This document shows positions 20,663 through 24,000 of a DNA stretch of 24,000 nucleotides, piece after piece (position 1 is the stretch's first letter; each line of letters opens with the position of its first letter). The position numbers and the translations under genes are program-made. The stretch comes from Escherichia coli. GTDB taxonomy: Bacteria; Pseudomonadota; Gammaproteobacteria; Enterobacterales; Enterobacteriaceae. The notes beneath the pieces were generated by a model. It did no database searches. It saw only the letters and a program-made list of their open reading frames with translations, and was not told the origin of the DNA. The stretch lies in NCBI RefSeq assembly GCF_040215525.1, contig NZ_CP157955.1; one strand, 5' to 3'.

Positions 20663-21772
20663 ATGAAACGGAATGCGAAAACTATCATCGCAGGGATGAT
20701 TGCACTGACAATTTCACACACCGCTATGGCTGACGATATTAAAGTCGCCGTTGTCGGCGCGATGTCCGGCCCGATTGCCCAGTGGGGCGATATGGAATTT
20801 AACGGCGCGCGTCAGGCAATTAAAGACATTAATGCCAAAGGGGGAATTAAGGGTGATAAACTGGTTGGCGTGGAATATGACGACGCCTGCGACCCGAAAC
20901 AAGCCGTTGCGGTCGCCAACAAAATCGTTAACGACGGCATTAAATATGTTATTGGTCATCTGTGTTCCTCCTCTACCCAACCTCCATCAGATATCTATGA
21001 AGACGAAGGTATTCTGATGATCTCGCCGGGAGCGACCAATCCGGAGCTGACCCAACGCGGTTATCAATACATCATGCGTACTGCCGGGCTGGACTCTTCC
21101 CAGGGGCCAACGGCGGCAAAATACATTCTTGAGACGGTGAAGCCCCAGCGCATCGCCATCATTCACGACAAACAACAGTATGGCGAAGGACTGGCACGTT
21201 CGGTGCAGGACGGGCTGAAAGCGGCTAACGCCAACGTCGTCTTCTTCGACGGCATTACCGCTGGAGAGAAAGATTTCTCCGCGCTGATCGCCCGCCTGAA
21301 AAAAGAAAACATCGACTTCGTTTACTACGGCGGTTACTACCCGGAAATGGGGCAGATGCTGCGCCAGGCCCGTTCCGTTGGCCTGAAAACCCAGTTTATG
21401 GGGCCGGAAGGTGTGGGTAATGCGTCGTTGTCGAATATTGCTGGCGATGCTGCCGAAGGCATGTTGGTCACTATGCCAAAACGCTATGACCAGGATCCGG
21501 CAAATCAGGACATCGTTGATGCGCTGAAAGCAGACAAGAAAGATCCGTCCGGGCCATATGTCTGGATCACTTACGCGGCGGTGCAATCTCTGGCGACTGC
21601 ACTTGAGCGTACCGGCAGCGATGAGCCGCTGGCGCTGGTGAAAGATTTAAAAGCTAACGGTGCAAACACCGTAATTGGGCCGCTGAACTGGGATGAAAAA
21701 GGCGATCTTAAGGGATTTGATTTTGGTGTCTTCCAGTGGCACGCCGACGGTTCATCCACGGCAGCCAAGTGA
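20663..21772 (+). CDS. livK: Leucine-specific periplasmic binding protein LivK
   Basis: 369-aa product with signal peptide [23 protein letters not shown]|[14 protein letters not shown]; strong paralogy to livJ. Confidence 0.97.
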   Translation: MKRNAKTIIAGMIALTISHTAMADDIKVAVVGAMSGPIAQWGDMEFNGARQAIKDINAKGGIKGDKLVGVEYDDACDPKQAVAVANKIVNDGIKYVIGHLCSSSTQPPSDIYEDEGILMISPGATNPELTQRGYQYIMRTAGLDSSQGPTAAKYILETVKPQRIAIIHDKQQYGEGLARSVQDGLKAANANVVFFDGITAGEKDFSALIARLKKENIDFVYYGGYYPEMGQMLRQARSVGLKTQFMGPEGVGNASLSNIAGDAAEGMLVTMPKRYDQDPANQDIVDALKADKKDPSGPYVWITYAAVQSLATALERTGSDEPLALVKDLKANGANTVIGPLNWDEKGDLKGFDFGVFQWHADGSSTAAK

Positions 21773-21780
21773 TCATCCCA

Positions 21781-21801
21781 CTGCCCGTGAAAAACGGGCG
21801 G
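21781..21801 (+). promoter_or_regulatory. Intercistronic stem-loop between livK and livH
   Basis: GCCCGT (21783-21788) / ACGGGC (21794-21799) with GAAAA loop; flanking bases allow a slightly longer stem. Confidence 0.55.
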
Positions 21802-21819
21802 GTTTAGAAAGGTTACCTT

Positions 21820-22746
21820 ATGTCTGAGCAGTTTTTGTATTTCTTGCAGCAGATGTTTAACGGCGTCACGCTGGGCAGTACCTACGCGCTGATAGCCATC
21901 GGCTACACCATGGTTTACGGCATTATCGGCATGATCAACTTCGCCCACGGTGAGGTTTATATGATCGGCAGCTACGTCTCCTTTATGATCATCGCTGCAC
22001 TGATGATGCTGGGAATTGATACCGGCTGGCTGCTGGTGGCGGCGGGATTCGTTGGCGCAATCGTCATTGCCAGCGCCTACGGTTGGAGTATCGAACGGGT
22101 GGCCTATCGCCCGGTGCGCAACTCCAAGCGCCTGATTGCCCTCATTTCTGCAATCGGTATGTCCATCTTCCTGCAAAACTATGTCAGCCTGACCGAAGGT
22201 TCGCGCGACGTGGCGCTGCCCAGTCTGTTTAACGGTCAGTGGGTGGTGGGGCATAGCGAAAACTTCTCTGCCTCTATTACCACCATGCAGGCGGTGATCT
22301 GGATTGTTACTTTCCTCGCCATGCTGGCGCTGACGATTTTCATTCGCTATTCCCGCATGGGGCGCGCCTGTCGTGCCTGCGCGGAAGATCTGAAAATGGC
22401 GAGCCTGCTTGGCATCAACACCGATCGGGTGATTGCGCTGACCTTTGTGATTGGCGCGGCGATGGCGGCGGTGGCGGGTGTGCTGCTCGGTCAGTTCTAC
22501 GGCGTAATTAACCCCTACATCGGCTTTATGGCCGGGATGAAAGCCTTTACCGCTGCGGTGCTCGGTGGGATTGGCAGCATTCCGGGGGCGATGATTGGCG
22601 GGCTGATCCTGGGGATTGCGGAGGCGCTCTCTTCTGCCTATCTGAGTACGGAATATAAAGATGTGGTCTCATTCGCCCTGCTGATTCTGGTGTTGCTGGT
22701 GATGCCGACCGGTATTCTGGGTCGCCCGGAGGTAGAGAAAGTATGA
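21820..22746 (+). CDS. livH: Branched-chain amino acid ABC transporter permease LivH
   Basis: 308-aa [55 protein letters not shown]. Confidence 0.98.
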   Translation: MSEQFLYFLQQMFNGVTLGSTYALIAIGYTMVYGIIGMINFAHGEVYMIGSYVSFMIIAALMMLGIDTGWLLVAAGFVGAIVIASAYGWSIERVAYRPVRNSKRLIALISAIGMSIFLQNYVSLTEGSRDVALPSLFNGQWVVGHSENFSASITTMQAVIWIVTFLAMLALTIFIRYSRMGRACRACAEDLKMASLLGINTDRVIALTFVIGAAMAAVAGVLLGQFYGVINPYIGFMAGMKAFTAAVLGGIGSIPGAMIGGLILGIAEALSSAYLSTEYKDVVSFALLILVLLVMPTGILGRPEVEKV

Positions 22747-24000
22747 AACCGATGCATATTGCAATGGCGCTGCTCTCTGCCGCTATGTTCTTTGTGCTGG
22801 CGGGCGTCTTTATGGGCGTGCAACTGGAGCTGGATGGCACCAAACTGGTGGTCGACACGGCTTCAGAGATCCGTTGGCAGTGGGTGTTTATCGGCACGGC
22901 GGTGGTCTTTTTCTTCCAGCTTTTGCGACCGGCTTTCCAGAAAGGGCTAAAAAGCGTTTCCGGGCCGAAGTTTATTCTGCCCGCGATTGATGGCTCCACG
23001 GTGAAGCAGAAACTGTTCCTCGTGGCGCTGCTGGTGCTTGCGGTGGCGTGGCCGTTTATGGTGTCACGCGGGACGGTGGATATCGCCACCCTGACCATGA
23101 TCTACATTATTCTTGGTCTCGGGCTGAACGTGGTGGTAGGGCTTTCTGGTCTGCTGGTGCTGGGATACGGCGGCTTTTACGCCATCGGCGCTTACACTTT
23201 TGCGCTGCTCAATCACTATTACGGTCTGGGCTTCTGGACCTGTCTGCCGATTGCCGGGTTGATGGCGGCGGCGGCGGGCTTCCTGCTCGGCTTCCCGGTG
23301 TTGCGTCTGCGCGGTGACTATCTGGCGATCGTTACCCTCGGTTTCGGCGAAATTGTGCGCATATTGCTGCTCAATAACACTGAAATCACCGGCGGTCCGA
23401 ACGGAATCAGTCAGATCCCCAAACCGACACTCTTCGGACTCGAGTTCAGTCGTACTGCCCGCGAAGGCGGCTGGGACACGTTCAGTAATTTCTTTGGCCT
23501 GAAATACGATCCCTCCGATCGCGTCATTTTCCTCTACCTGGTGGCGTTGCTGCTGGTGGTGTTAAGCCTGTTTGTCATTAACCGCCTGCTGCGGATGCCG
23601 CTGGGCCGCGCGTGGGAAGCGTTGCGTGAAGATGAAATCGCTTGTCGTTCGCTGGGCTTAAGCCCGCGTCGTATCAAGCTGACTGCTTTTACCATCAGTG
23701 CCGCGTTTGCCGGTTTTGCCGGAACGCTGTTCGCGGCGCGTCAGGGCTTTGTCAGTCCGGAATCCTTCACCTTTGCCGAATCGGCGTTTGTGCTGGCGAT
23801 AGTGGTGCTCGGCGGTATGGGCTCGCAATTTGCAGTGATTCTGGCGGCAGTTCTGCTGGTGGTATCGCGCGAGTTGATGCGTGATTTCAACGAATACAGC
23901 ATGTTAATGCTCGGTGGTTTGATGGTGCTGATGATGATCTGGCGTCCGCAGGGTTTGCTGCCCATGACGCGCCCGCAACTCAAGCTGAAGAACGGCGCAG
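22743..24000 (+). CDS. livM: Branched-chain amino acid ABC transporter permease LivM, partial (3' end beyond the window)
   Basis: Open frame from ATG at 22743 ([25 protein letters not shown]...) with 4-bp ATGA overlap with livH; no stop before 24000. Confidence 0.95.
   Translation, partial: MKPMHIAMALLSAAMFFVLAGVFMGVQLELDGTKLVVDTASEIRWQWVFIGTAVVFFFQLLRPAFQKGLKSVSGPKFILPAIDGSTVKQKLFLVALLVLAVAWPFMVSRGTVDIATLTMIYIILGLGLNVVVGLSGLLVLGYGGFYAIGAYTFALLNHYYGLGFWTCLPIAGLMAAAAGFLLGFPVLRLRGDYLAIVTLGFGEIVRILLLNNTEITGGPNGISQIPKPTLFGLEFSRTAREGGWDTFSNFFGLKYDPSDRVIFLYLVALLLVVLSLFVINRLLRMPLGRAWEALREDEIACRSLGLSPRRIKLTAFTISAAFAGFAGTLFAARQGFVSPESFTFAESAFVLAIVVLGGMGSQFAVILAAVLLVVSRELMRDFNEYSMLMLGGLMVLMMIWRPQGLLPMTRPQLKLKNGA

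Noticed and set aside
20987-21586. 199-aa minus-strand ORF opposite livK (and a related one at 18916..19257 opposite livJ)
   Set aside because: Similarity between the two antisense frames follows from the livJ/livK sense paralogy; no independent coding evidence.
22547-23098. 183-aa minus-strand ORF opposite livH/livM and plus-strand ORFs (22759-22950, 23048-23317, 23314-23502, 23642-23884) within livM
   Set aside because: The livM frame is continuously open from 22743 to the window end, so these are alternative-frame or antisense artefacts.

Overview
Nothing in this window looks like a new biological system. It is a conserved Enterobacteriaceae chromosomal segment whose products match well-known Escherichia coli proteins, in the familiar gene order and with no sign of an accessory insertion. 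Reading from the left: the minus-strand nickel ABC transporter operon nikABCDE (nikE cut by the window edge), acpT, and yhhT; plus-strand yhhS; minus-strand dcrB and yhhQ; plus-strand tusA; minus-strand zntA and yhhN; plus-strand yhhM; minus-strand yhhL and rsmD; plus-strand ftsY-ftsE-ftsX, rpoH and livJ; minus-strand panM; plus-strand livK-livH-livM (livM cut by the window edge). Genes are tightly packed and essentially all long frames are accounted for. I see no mobile element, CRISPR array, rRNA/tRNA, phage gene or toxin/defence module. The most informative non-coding features are a ZntR-type operator/promoter (20-bp spacer) upstream of zntA, a NikR-type operator upstream of nikA, a sigma-E promoter with two oppositely oriented DnaA boxes upstream of rpoH, a REP/BIME-like pair downstream of livJ, matching CA-rich leaders of livJ and livK (candidate GcvB target sites), and several intergenic hairpins. 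Gene identities come from recalled family sequences, not from a search.
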